Positions 13,236 to 25,822 of a stretch of DNA of 64,000 nt are shown in pieces. The notes beneath the pieces are model-generated. The model was given only the letters and a program-made list of their open reading frames with translations. It ran no database searches and was not told where the DNA came from. The translations under genes were made by a program, and so were the position numbers. The number at the start of each line of letters is the position of its first letter. The stretch's first letter is position 1. This DNA is from Octopus bimaculoides (lineage: Eukaryota): contig NC_068990.1 in assembly GCF_001194135.2 (NCBI RefSeq), positions 4,907,603 to 4,971,602 of the forward strand, given 5' to 3'.

Positions 13236-15797
13236 TACAATGAACTCTTTTGAAGTTGAACTCTTTGAATTTCAAATCAAAGGGCGTTTTTTTGAAGTGT
13301 GGTTTACACACACACACACACAAACACTTGAAGATTGTAGTAATGTGAAACTCAAGTTGAGCCATACTTTCAGTTTCACTTTCACTAAAATAGATATGCA
13401 CACAAAGTGTGTGTGTGTGTGTGTGTGTGTGTGTATTATGATTTCACTTAGGCACAAAAATACCAATAACCAGTAGTTAGATCTCAATACACTTATACTT
13501 TAGAGTAGAATGTCAGGAAAATACGAAGCGAAATATCAATTAATGAATGACAACAGAACAGGAGATACATAATCATTTTTATTAGCTTACAGTTATTTCT
13601 GCTATAAGAAGCAGCGCACTCAGAGCTGAGTGCTTATGCAACAGTCCATAACTTCCTTGAGACAATACATTCAAACAGGATGCCTATTCAGAAATATACA
13701 GATGTGTGTGTTCCTTTATATAGACACATACGTATGCACATATACAAACACATATGTGCATGCACATACATGTGGCACACACACACACACATACAAGAAA
13801 AAATATATTAAGAGAGTATAAATAATTATATGTTTGAAGAGTGAAGTAGATATAACTTATTATTATTAACAGCTATTAGTTAAGATTTCCATATCATTAA
13901 TATCCTATTGTGGTATACTTTTTTGATAGCTGACAAGTTAAATTCAAGATTACATTACTAATTTTTATTAATAGAACTATTGATAGTATTGAAATTTTAC
14001 TTACTTAGTATCCAGATATTTAAATGCTTACAAACAATAATTATAGTCATAAACATACATACACTACATGGATTTTTATCCTTAATATATTTTATTTCTC
14101 AACTGCAAACTGGAATGAAGTAATTTTAGCATTTCAGAATATTTTTGATGGTATATTTTTCTTTGGTGCATTTGATATTGAATTTTTCAATATTTTTTAA
14201 ATCTTATATTGTCAGAACTTTTGCAAAGTCATTAGTGAAATTGTGTAGAAGAGATGATTGTAAGAGAAAATGATGATGATAATTATGATGAAGTTGAAGT
14301 AGCATGCTCTGTCATTTAACAGAATATATGTCTAAAATTAATGAGCAAATCTCTCTGGTAAAAATATCAGATTAATTCAAGTTTACAAAACCATTTTTTG
14401 GAGACAGTTTTAAAAGTTTATATTTATTTTTGAAGATAAAAACTTCCTCACAGCTGTCAACTAATATTTCCATAGTTCATTATCATCAATATCCTGTTGT
14501 GTGTGTGTGTGTGTGTGAGTAAGTGTGTGTGTGTGTGTGTGTATTTTTAATGGCTAGCAAGATAAGTTTATGATTGGGTTGGTAATTTTTTATAATAGAT
14601 CTATTTTTAAGTTGTCTGCAAAGCAAATTTGAAAGCTAAATTAAAAATTTTAAGTAAAGGTTAATAGGTCAGAGATTTCAGCTTAGAAAAAGCCAAGAGA
14701 GAAATTAATTGTGCGATAATTGTTTCAAATCTAATAAATGTTTTATTCTGCAATATCTATTAGAATAAAAGCCTCATGAGTAAATTTTGGTTGAGAGAAA
14801 CTAAAAGAAGGTTGTCACATACATACACATATATATATATACATGTATAGTGTATACATGACTGTATGCTTATATTTGGACACTGTGAAAGCCACAAACT
14901 ATGAGCCAATTGCTCACTCACTTTGGGTGGGCCCGGGAACAGGTGGTGCAAGGGGTGCAAGCGCACTTAGAATCAAATTTTTGCCCTTACTTACTCTTCT
15001 CAGGTTTAGAAAACAGTGCATAAGAAAACTAATCTGTAAAAATTATTTGGGAGTTAGGCTTGTTCTCAAAGAACAAAGGACAGAAATAAACAAAAAACAC
15101 AAGACCTTATTTATAAAAAAATTTGGGCCTGATTTTACATCCCCTATGCAAATTTTGTTCCCAAGCCAATGTGTTTGTGCCTTCAAAGATGTTTGAAATG
15201 AATGATTATTTATATGAAAAACTTGAGGATTAGTGAGAGGCCATGCATCTATCTGTAACACAAACGTCTCTATAACATATTCTTTTAACCAGTTCTAAGG
15301 TGGAAAAAATGGATGTAAAATGCAAGCAATTGAAAGAAGTATCTTCAGCTATATTTAGGATTTATATGACTGAACTGAAATTTTTCTTGTCAGTATAGAA
15401 AATGATGTTGAATCTATAACATAGTGAATAAATGAGAGTCATTTATTATTAATATTACTCTCTATCTAACAAATTGCAGTAAAAATATCTAAATATTTTA
15501 TGTAATATTCCAGTGACCCACAGAATCCATTATAAAATAATCTTCTGCTTTAGTACATTCAAAATTGCATTAAAATATTGATACAAACAGATTTATGCTT
15601 GAGATATTCTACTCATTAATTGTCGTAAATGCAAATTTTTCATAATATAAATAAATAATGGATCTATACATTAGTCTCTCTCTCTCTCTCTCCCTCCCCC
15701 TCACTCTCTCTCTCTCCCTCTCTTTCCCCCTCTCCCCCTCTCTCTCTCTCTCACACACACACACATACAAATAGACGAGAGCATGCATTACTGTAAA

Positions 15798-16622
15798 TAC
15801 AACAGTCAGCTAAAAAGTTCATAGACTGGTCTAGATACTCTCGTGGAATGTGACCATAGTCCACCTCGTAGTCCGTAAACTTCTATCAGTGTCGCCACTC
15901 TTGGATCTCATTGGTAAAGAAACTTTCATCCTGTTGGCGTTTCTACTGCACGGATTGTCTCTTTGTCTCTGTCTTAAGTGATGAACTGAACACTCACCCT
16001 GGGGGAGGAAATGTTTAAGGAAACCAGTTGGATCTGCCTTAAACAATGTCAGGTTTTCTTGTGATGTGATGAGCTTGGTGCACTTTTGATCAGGTGTCAG
16101 AAAATGTGGCACCCACCAAGTAAAAACCTTTGTTATGCCAAGTTCATTGTGCAGAATGATCTCAATTGCTTCATGGGATATGCTAATAGATTTGGCTACT
16201 GGATTTAGTCAACTGTCTCTCATCCATCACTATGTGATGAACACACTCAAGGCGATGGCAGTTTCAGGACGTTCAGACCTTGCATCATCATCCCCTTCGA
16301 TATTCAGTTTCCCACTTTTGCACTGTTTTTAAAACTGGTCATCTGCTAATGTAGCTACCATGTCAGCATAAATGTCCTTGGGGGCTAAACTCTTTTTCTG
16401 CAGGCACTCTATAACACCACAATGTCAAATTTTGTCCAGTTTCAAGAGAAGTTGCCACTAGTTACTTTTGAAGTCTTCTTTGAACAGTCAGATGCTAGTT
16501 TACCTGGAAAGAAACAATACAATTATTAATAAGATGAGCTGAAATTAAGGCATGCAAGATTTCACAACTCTAGCATCACTCCTTCGTAGTCAAATAATGA
16601 ACTTTGCAGCCCACTCTTGCAA
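15798..16622 (-). mobile_element. Mariner element, internally deleted, both TIRs present
   Basis: Minus strand reads WVPHFLTPDQKCTKLITSQENL (WVPHEL motif), then jumps to the C-terminal QDESFFTNEIQ..DY. Terminal inverted repeats at 15798-15828 and 16591-16621 match at 21/31 positions by eye. Confidence 0.9.
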
Positions 16623-16885
16623 GTGATAACCTTGAACTCAGGGCTCCATCAGGTTACACAGGATGTTAGCTGTCAACAGTTATCACTGTCTGTCTGTCTA
16701 TATATATATATAATTATACATATATATATATATATAGTATATTGCCACTTAAGTGTGGCTGACCCCTAGGGGTGGATGTTACTGTTGCTTTTAGCCCCAG
16801 GAGGACATCTCCTCCAGCTGGCTTATCGACACACGACTGTGTCCTGTTTGCCAAGGGAGTTATCCCTCTCACCTCTTAGAGAATT

Positions 16886-16922
<37 letters not shown>

Positions 16923-17063
16923 CTCTTAAAAAATAGAGCTCAAAATCGATGCATTGAAAATACTTTATTGCAGCAACAATTATAATAGCAGTAACAACAA
17001 TAAGCCAAACCTATGCACATTTCAATAGAGTATCCAGGATAAATAAACCACATCATAAAATGT

Positions 17064-17468
17064 NNNNNNNNNNNNNNNNNNNNNNNNNNNNNNNNNNNNN
17101 NNNNNNNNNNNNNNNNNNNNNNNNNNNNNNNNNNNNNNNNNNNNNNNNNNNNNNNNNNNNNNNNNNNNNNNNNNNNNNNNNNNNNNNNNNNNNNNNNNNN
17201 NNNNNNNNNNNNNNNNNNNNNNNNNNNNNNNNNNNNNNNNNNNNNNNNNNNNNNNNNNNNNNNNNNNNNNNNNNNNNNNNNNNNNNNNNNNNNNNNNNNN
17301 NNNNNNNNNNNNNNNNNNNNNNNNNNNNNNNNNNNNNNNNNNNNNNNNNNNNNNNNNNNNNNNNNNNNNNNNNNNNNNNNNNNNNNNNNNNNNNNNNNNN
17401 NNNNNNNNNNNNNNNNNNNNNNNNNNNNNNNNNNNNNNNNNNNNNNNNNNNNNNNNNNNNNNNNNNNN
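17064..17468. other. Assembly gap
   Basis: N run. It generates spurious X-filled ORFs. Confidence 1.
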
Positions 17469-17831
17469 TATATATATATATACAAAAACTCACCTGTGAG
17501 GTTTTTGCTAAGACTGTTAACAGATACTATATAATTTATAAAATTTTGTTTTATAAAAAAATATATATCTAATATATATATATATATATATATGCATGAG
17601 TGTGTATATATGTGTGTATACATATATATATATATTGATGTTTTGCTTAAGCATAGCAATACTATAATAATAACCTAGCATTAGAACTCAATATACTTCA
17701 GAAAAAAAAAAACATCAGTCAAATACAGAGTGGTAACAAATAGTTGAATGGTTGAATGTCACTCTGCAGCTTCAAACATGAAGTGGAGTTTTATTTGGGA
17801 AAACATTTGCATTTATATGTATATATAAAGA

Positions 17832-19005
17832 TGTACCCGGTGCAAGCTATGGACACATAAGAGGTGCAGCAACATCAAAGGCAGGTTAACTAGCAAGTTA
17901 GTTTTTGCTTGTGGCAGATGTTCAGGTGCAATAAAGACTGCAAACAAACAGGAAACAACTTCTATCTCATTCCAGGGTGAAAAACTAGAGGTAGTCGATA
18001 GCTTCCGCTATCTGGGCGACCAAGTTAGTAGTGGGGGTGGGTGCGCTGAAAGTGTAGCTGCTAGAATAAGAATAGCCTGGGCAAAGTTTAGAGAGCTCTT
18101 ACCCCTGCTGGCGACAAAGGGACTCTCACTCAGAGTAAAAGGCAGACTGTATGACGCATGCGTACGAACAACCATGCTACATGGCAGTGAAACATGGGCT
18201 GTAACTGCTGAGGACATNNNNNNNNNNNNNNNNNNNNNNNNNNNNNNNNNNNNNNNNNNNNNNNNNNNNNNNNNNNNNNNNNNNNNNNNNNNNNNNNNNN
18301 NNNNNNNNNNNNNNNNNNNNNNNNNNNNNNNNNNNNNNNNNNNNNNNNNNNNNNNNNNNNNNNNNNNNNNNNNNNNNNNNNNNNNNNNNNNNNNNNNNNN
18401 NNNNNNNNNNNNNNNNNNNNNNNNNNNNNNNNNNNNNNNNNNNNNNNNNNNNNNNNNNNNNNNNNNNNNNNNNNNNNNNNNNNNNNNNNNNNNNNNNNNN
18501 NNNNNNNNNNNNNNNNNNNNNNNNNNNNNNNNNNNNNNNNNNNNNNNNNNNNNNNNNNNNNNNNNNNNNNNNNNNNNNNNNNNNNNNNNNNNNNNNNNNN
18601 NNNNNNNNNNNNNNNNNNNNNNNNNNNNNNNNNNNNNNNNNNNNNNNNNNNNNNNNNNNNNNNNNNNNNNNNNNNNNNNNNNNNNNNNNNNNNNNNNNNN
18701 NNNNNNNNNNNNNNNNNNNNNNNNNNNNNNNNNNNNNNNNNNNNNNNNNNNNNNNNNNNNNNNNNNNNNGGCACATAAAAGACACCATTTCGAGCGTGGC
18801 CGTTCTCGTGCGGGTGACACGTAAAAGCACCCACTACACTCTCTGAGTGGTTGGCGTTAGGAAGGGCATCCAGCTGTAGAAACTCTGCCAAATCAGACTG
18901 GAGCCTGGTGTTGCCATCCGGTTTCACCAGTCCTCAGTCAAATCGTCCAACCCATGCTAGCATGGAAAGCGGACGTTAAACGATGATGATGATGATGATG
19001 ATGAT
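17832..19005 (+). mobile_element. 5'-truncated RTE-clade LINE, young, with an internal gap at 18218-18769
   Basis: An open frame at 17832-18217 reads CTRCKLWTHKRCSNIKGRL..CGRC..LEVVDSFRYLGDQ..RIRIAWAKFRELLPLL..YDACVRTTMLHGSETWAVT. The 3' tail ends in (GAT)8. Confidence 0.93.
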
Positions 19006-19599
19006 ATATATATATATATATATATGTACGCACACACACACACACAAAAAGCATTACCAATGATATTGATAGTGTTGGTACAAACATAGACTTATGTTTG
19101 AGATATTTTGCTCATAAATTGTCATCAAGGCAAATTTATCATAATTTAAATAAGTACTAGATCTTTCTGCTTTCTCTCTCTCTCTCTCTCTTACACACAC
19201 ACATACAACACATACACAAACAGACACACACACACACAGAAACATGAATGTAGTATTGGCAACGTTTTTCTGGTGTATACATAAATGTGTTTTCCCAAAT
19301 AAAACTTCACGTCATGTTTGAAACTCTGTACTATGAGTAACATAATTATTTATTCCTTTGTCATTCTAATTTCTTATACACACACACATCAAATAATATT
19401 GAGAGAAGCAGCATTACTTGCTTGCTTTTGCACTGTAAGTCCTTGTGAGAGGTTCTCCCATAGTAAATAGCACAGTATTCACTGTTGTAATACAACGTCC
19501 ACTTTAAGTGGAAGATAAATATTACCCATACATACATGCATACATACATACATACAAACAAATAAACAATATTGAACATGCATACAAAAATTATGTATT

Positions 19600-19830
19600 T
19601 TGTTAGTTCATTGGTAGGCTGCGAGAATATATTCTCTTCTTGTGCCTGGTGTTAAAACACCTGGAAGTCATAAACAAGTACAGACATTGATGTTTCATGA
19701 TTTTGGGGACTTGTCAATACCATGTTCCTGAAAAGAGGCCTGATGCAAGCTAAAACACTGTCTATGACTATATGCAAAATGGTGTAAGAACCATCTGTTG
19801 TTATGTCTCAATGTTTCATATCACAGGAAA
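19600..19830 (+). mobile_element. Decayed Penelope-like terminal fragment with a degenerate hammerhead-like core
   Basis: CTGAAAAG-AGGCC-TGATGCA-AGCT-AAAAC-ACT-GTC at 19728-19762 follows the CUGANGA/stem II/GAAAC/GUC layout with several substitutions. Confidence 0.35.
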
Positions 19831-21108
19831 AAAATATGATCCATTTGTATGACTTTTCTCTCTTCTTGTTTTCTTTTTCTTTTAAATAATATATTTTTAA
19901 TAATATTATTTTGTTTGTAATCAATGATATGGTAAAGTGAAAAGCTTCTGTTGACACTCAACAGTTTCTCTAGAAAATTCTTATTCTATTCTTTTAAGAT
20001 TAGTCAGTAAGTACTGATTCCTGTTTTCTGGGAGAAGAATAACTTATATATAAAAATAGAATTCAACAGTACAAACATGCCAACAATGCATTCATATTTC
20101 TAATACATGAAGGGAAGAAAAATAAAATTTTACTTTCACATCTTTCATATATTCCTTCTCCTATGAAGGAAACATAATTGTAGACTTCTTGAAACATTTC
20201 TAATTATGGACACCAAAGTCAGTAGGCAGAGAAAATGCATATTTATTAATTATAATGCCAACAATATTAGAATTATTATAGAGAATTTATTGCAGAGTCA
20301 AATTATCATTTCTAATTATAGATTTAACACACAGTATGTCAAGCAAATAAACATGTGTTCTTAATCTCACCTTTTATGTGTGTGCTTACATGTATTTTTG
20401 TGTATATATGAAACAAAACTTTTGAACAGGTACACTTTCCTTCAAAGATTCACATACATAGAAGGTTACAGGTGGTGCACCTTTCTATAATTATTTATTA
20501 GTGAAATTATAAACCAACAATAAAAAACATGATTGAACTTCATAAGCTACCCATTATTTTCATATTGTTCTATCATTAATACTCCTTTAATAATGAAATT
20601 AATAGATTCATATAAAATTTATCATTAAGATCTTTAAAATTATTACTCATTAATTTGAGAAGAAAATTCCATATTACATTTGGAAACAAATATTTTGAAA
20701 TTCGTTTCAGGAATTAATGCATTTCTTGACATAATTACATGTTACAGATAATGATTTAAAACATCAATTCAACTGCAATTTCATTCTTTGAAATCAATCA
20801 TATTGAAAAGATATTAAGTCTATCATATTTGTGACACTACATGAATCCTGTTTTTTTCCCATGGTATTTCAACAATAACGAGAAACATTGATTTCAATAT
20901 AAAGATATATGGAAAAAAATGGAGCTAAGAAGGACCTGCTATTTGAACTCAAGTGTTCTGATTATATAGATGTAAATAAGGAGGGCGCAAAGACTCATAT
21001 TTTATAGCAAGAAAATAATAATTCAAGGCTTTATACTTTGAGAAACTATATAAACTTTTTTTTAAATGTTATCAAATATAACAAAACATTATTGATACCT
21101 TGCTCACA

Positions 21109-21144
<36 letters not shown>

Positions 21145-21559
21145 TAAGTGCGCGCACACACACACACACAAATACAAATTACTACAACCAGTATTATGCA
21201 AATGACCAGGGCCAAAAATGTTCAGAAAGCATTTCTTGCATATAAAGCCTATGTCTCTTGGTTTGGAATGTATCAGATAATGATGTTTCATGGTGGTAGT
21301 TTAATAAGACCAAATCATGTCCGTAGCTGTTACCATTCCTGAGAACAAAAATCAGATTTTCATCTAAGCATTGACATTTTCTTTGACGTTAATTCTTAAT
21401 TTCTGGGAATTGTCTTTCCTTCTTTTTTTCTTTTGAGAGAGAGAGAGAGAGAGAGAGAGTAAGAATTGGAGCCAGTTTAACCTAATACACAATATACTTC
21501 ATAATGTCAAATTCCGTTATGAGGCCTTTATTTGAGAGTCTTGGGATAAAAGTATAGAG

Positions 21560-22450
21560 AAATTATTGGAAAATCAAATATTACATACTGGAATACATAA
21601 AAATATTCAATTTACAATGGAATATAGTTAAGTGAAATGACTACTTTTTTGATATTTTAGTATTGAGAATCAACAATCCAGCTGAGACAGACGAATGTTG
21701 CAAAACTATAAATGCAAAACAAAATCTAGTCTTTACTTTGTGGCACCTGAAGCACACTAGGACAAAATATTCCGTTTAATTTAGTCAAAAGATGTGCACA
21801 ATTGTGTCCAATATGAATTTTCATGATATATGACTTTAAGAATAAAGATATAGATAGACATCATCCACCATCCTCAAATGATGGGACGCAATGTGCCCGG
21901 ACAATTGTTGTTCAAATCCTAAGACAAGCAAAACAAAATAACATACGTCAATTGAAAATGTTGCCGTAAGTGTGTACTCACAATCCTAGAAACCATAAAA
22001 CCTAAAATTTTATTCTTCAAAATATACTGATACTGAAAAAAAGTTCCACAATGAATTAGTTTTTCAAACATACTACTATAAAATTTAAAATAAACCCCGA
22101 AAACAAAACAACCTAAATCATTGAAGAGAATACTAACAAATACCAGATTATATATGCAATGACAACAGAACCAACAGTTAAAAATGTGGATGTACCGACT
22201 GTAGAATATGTTTTAACTTGTTCTGAGGATCAGAATTTCACATTGAATAAGGACAATCTCGCAAAGAAATGGATGATTTTACTTGCATATTTGGAAACCT
22301 AATTGTGCAATTGCATATTCAGGATTTGGAGAGAATTATGGAATAAACTGAAAAGCTTCGATTGATACCACATGGAGAGCAAATTCAATTTCCTAGCTAA
22401 AAAACAAATATGGCTTAGTTGAAATACAGATACATGTTCTGGGAGTTGTC
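21560..22450 (+). mobile_element. Penelope-like RT C-terminus plus GIY-YIG endonuclease relic
   Basis: Broken translation IQFTMEYS..FFDILVLR.....ETD resembles IKFTME..LPFLDI. Near 22280-22350, TCIFGNLI..AIAYSGFGENY.G resembles the GIY-YIG motif. Confidence 0.72.
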
Positions 22451-24466
22451 AACCAAGTTTTAAAATTTCCTACATACCTGTACAGAGAAAGGACATTTCA
22501 TGAACAGTTGATCAATAAGCAGTTCACATTCATGGAAAAATATTGACTACCATTAAATAGATATATATATAACAAATCAATGAGTTAACATTTAATTAAT
22601 TTATATTTATATAAATTATATAAATAATTCATCTACCACCTCTTCTGGTACTGTTAATTATTCATTTATCATATCCCTTGTTACTATCAACAACATCTAG
22701 TTATAAAATTATGAAATTACAACAGCATCATTAATTACAAAGCCATAACTCTATCTTTAAAGAAGTTAAATCAGTTGTGTAGATTTACGTTATCCCTTCT
22801 ATGAATATGGCAGTGGTAATTAAAGCTACTGTGGATATAACTTCGTTGGGCTTCAAGTAAGGACTATAAGGACCTGAAACTAGATTACATGTGATATCTA
22901 AATATACTAATTTCAAGTGTGTTAATTAAATCCTTTCTGAGCCTTTCTGACTGGTGCCAATTCTTGTTATGGGTTAAAAGTAAACTGTCATCTTTGTGTA
23001 AGCCTAATTCAATGAAATCAAATTTAATTTGTTGAGTGTCTGAATAAAGCTCTTATCACTCCATTACCACCTTAGAAATTTACATAGAAACATCTGTAAG
23101 TGAATTTCAAGGATATCTTCTGATTAAGAGATGTTTAATCATACAGCTGAATCATATAATGACTCTTTAAGCTGAGGTGGCTTTATTGATGAGATGCAAT
23201 ACATATCCAGACAAAGAATGTTAAAAACTAACAACTGTAGGAGGAAGTTTTAACTTACTTTCCAGTCTGAAGGTTAATTCTAATATTGCCTAATCCTTTT
23301 CTAAATTCAATTCGTAATCAATTGCTTTGTGATGTTAGACAGAAAAAACTATACATCCTCACCAACTCATATCTACATAAAGATAAACGCATACCTATAA
23401 CACACACATACTGTTGTACCAACGACAATATGGAAAAGTGACTGTCAAGAGATAATGATACACACTCAGTATAACCAATACATACACACATAAACGTTCT
23501 TAGAATTATACATTTAAGCCCAGACACACTTATGAATATGAACCAGGAAACAAATATGAACATGCAAATTGATGTTCTTAGTCATGTATATTTATCTTGA
23601 TAGGCAAACATAATGATAAATATATAAGAAACCATTGGAAAAACACGTTTACATATGTACCTACATAGTTATTTACGATACACTAATACATGCCTGCATA
23701 AAATCAAATGAAAAATATAAAGATATTCTCATATCAAGAAGCATATAGCTAAAAAATATGCATACAAACACAAGATGCAGCTACATGTTGCTTATATAAA
23801 AATGCAGGTATACCTGGATAGTACAAAGTATTATCTATAGATCTATGTAATGTGTTACATAGATCTGTGTAATGGCTTATGGATGTGTTTTTTTATATTT
23901 ATATCTTATAATGGTACAGATAGTATTGTCACAGATGATGTTCAGGTTTGATGAGGTGCAAAAGACATTGGAGTGACATATGTAGAACTGGTATGGATGA
24001 GTCAGATATAGTTTATGGTACATTTTGTACACAATAAGAGACCTATGTAAATGCTCAACCTACTTACTATAGCAACCAAACTTCCTTAATATATTTTTTG
24101 CTTTTGGTTTCGAAATACAAAAATATTAAGCTTTAGAAACATATTCTTATTAGCCCTCTACTGTATCATATAGCCTCCATGACATTTCATAAACTGCAAT
24201 TAGCCATTGTACAACAAAAAGATAGCTTCATGTTTGCTTAATTTCAGTATAGGATGGTGGCATAACAAGCAAGAGGTGTCAACAATCTTTACTAAACAGA
24301 ATCTTAGAATGCAACAAAAAACATTACTCACAATCACAAAATGCTATGAGGTTGTTAGTAAAGTTAACAATTGATGACATAAGACAACAATAAATTGTGA
24401 AATAATTTCTTCAAAATATTTCCTCATAATATTGCATATAATATAGTTGCCTCAACAATCAGCGTT

Positions 24467-24770
24467 ATCATTGTTTAACGTCTGTCTTCCATGTATGCAT
24501 GGGTAGAATGGTTGACAGATGGCCAGGTAGAAGATTACACCTGGCTACTGTGTCTGTTTTGGCAGGGTTTTTATGGCTGGATGCCGTTCCGAACACCAAT
24601 CGCTCCACAGAGTGGACTGAGTGCTTTTTATGTGGCACCGGCACAGGCGAGGTCAGTTTTGGCATGATTTTTACAGCTGGATGCCCTTCCAAATGCCAAA
24701 CACTTTACAATGTAGACTGGATGTACATAAATCATGGCACCAGCACTGGCAGGGGGGTCACCAAGTAACT
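24467..24770 (-). mobile_element. RTE-tail SINE-like element
   Basis: Reverse complement of the RTE tail, with motifs GGCTGGATGCCGTTCCGAACACCAATCGCTCC and ACAGCTGGATGCCCTTCC (the tail core appears twice). Confidence 0.75.
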
Positions 24771-24829
24771 TGTAAGACAAAGAATTTTTGAGAATGGAGG
24801 GGGAATTGAAGAGGGGATCATGGGTCAGA

Positions 24830-25260
24830 TGAAAGGTTAGAGTGTGATAGAGAGACAGAGAGGCAGAAACAAGTGTCTTGCTATAGAGGAGGGGGCATTA
24901 GAGGTGGAGATCCTGAGTCAGATGATGAAAGGTTAGAGTGTGACAGGGAAAGAGGGGGGTAGAAACAGGTATTTTGCTGTAGAGGAGGTATATGGTTACC
25001 TGGAGAGAGTGAGAGAGAGAAGAGAAAGAGAGGGAGAGGAAGAGAGAGAGGGAGTGAGAGGAAGAGAGAGGGGGGGAGAGAGATACAAGAAAGAGGACAG
25101 AAACAGGTGCGCTGATGTAAAGGAGATAATTAGCCAGAGGGAAAAGCAAGGGAAGGAGAGACAAAGATCGAGAATGAGGGGAGAAACAAGTGTGCTGCTG
25201 TAGAGGAGATACATGGCTACCCGGCCGGAGGGAAGAGTAAGAGGGAACAATCTGATACAA
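24830..25260. repeat. Purine-rich degenerate repeat
   Basis: An AGAAACA(A/G)GTG..TGCTGTAGAGGAG-like motif recurs four times. GATGAAAGGTTAGAGTGTGA occurs twice. Confidence 0.65.
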
Positions 25261-25377
25261 AATCTAAAACAGAAATTTATCGATCATATTGACAGAGTCA
25301 TTCTTGCAATATTTTTAGAATAAAAATAAATATTTTCTAAGCCTTGATAGATTCTTGAGATCTGGTAATTAGCTCTA

Positions 25378-25822
25378 GTTTTATTGAATGAAGCCTATAA
25401 ATTGAATGTCAGTCTATCCCAGACGATATGATACTCACTCTTCAAACCTAAGTGCACTGAAGCAATGAAGAATAAAGCATTTTTACTCAGATACACATTG
25501 AAATATTTGCAGCTGATGTGAACTCACTATTTCTGAGCAGTTAACCTGATGCATTTCTAAAATCAAAATCCAATAAAGTAACTTACTTGATATTGTTATA
25601 TGTTCTATTGTAAAAGCATCCTGCCAGGTCTACATCAATGTGATACAAAATATACAAAAGAAAAGCAACAACTATGAACAACTTATGAAAGGTTTTATTG
25701 TATGAAGGATTGAATGTCAATCTGTCCAAAATATAATTCCCAGATGATATGGGACTTTTTTCCAAACGTTAGATCCACTGAGGCAATAAACTAAAGCATT
25801 TTCAACTAGATACACATTGAAT
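25378..25822 (+). repeat. Diverged local direct duplication, arms ~25378-25503 and ~25691-25822
   Basis: Shared ATTGAATGTCA, CCCAGA(C/T)GATATG, CACTGA(A/G)GCAAT, TAAAGCATTTT and AGATACACATTGAA, about 310 bp apart. Confidence 0.75.

Noticed and set aside
14843-15196. 117-aa ORF
   Set aside because: It starts in microsatellite, has no domain, and the GC-rich GGGCCCGGG..GGGGTGCAAGCGCAC patch looks like a repeat end that I cannot classify.
16940-18927. Long ORFs of 146-270 aa in the track (also 33191-34144 and 52830-53447)
   Set aside because: They are mostly X residues from N gaps, or antisense readings of the RTE UTR.
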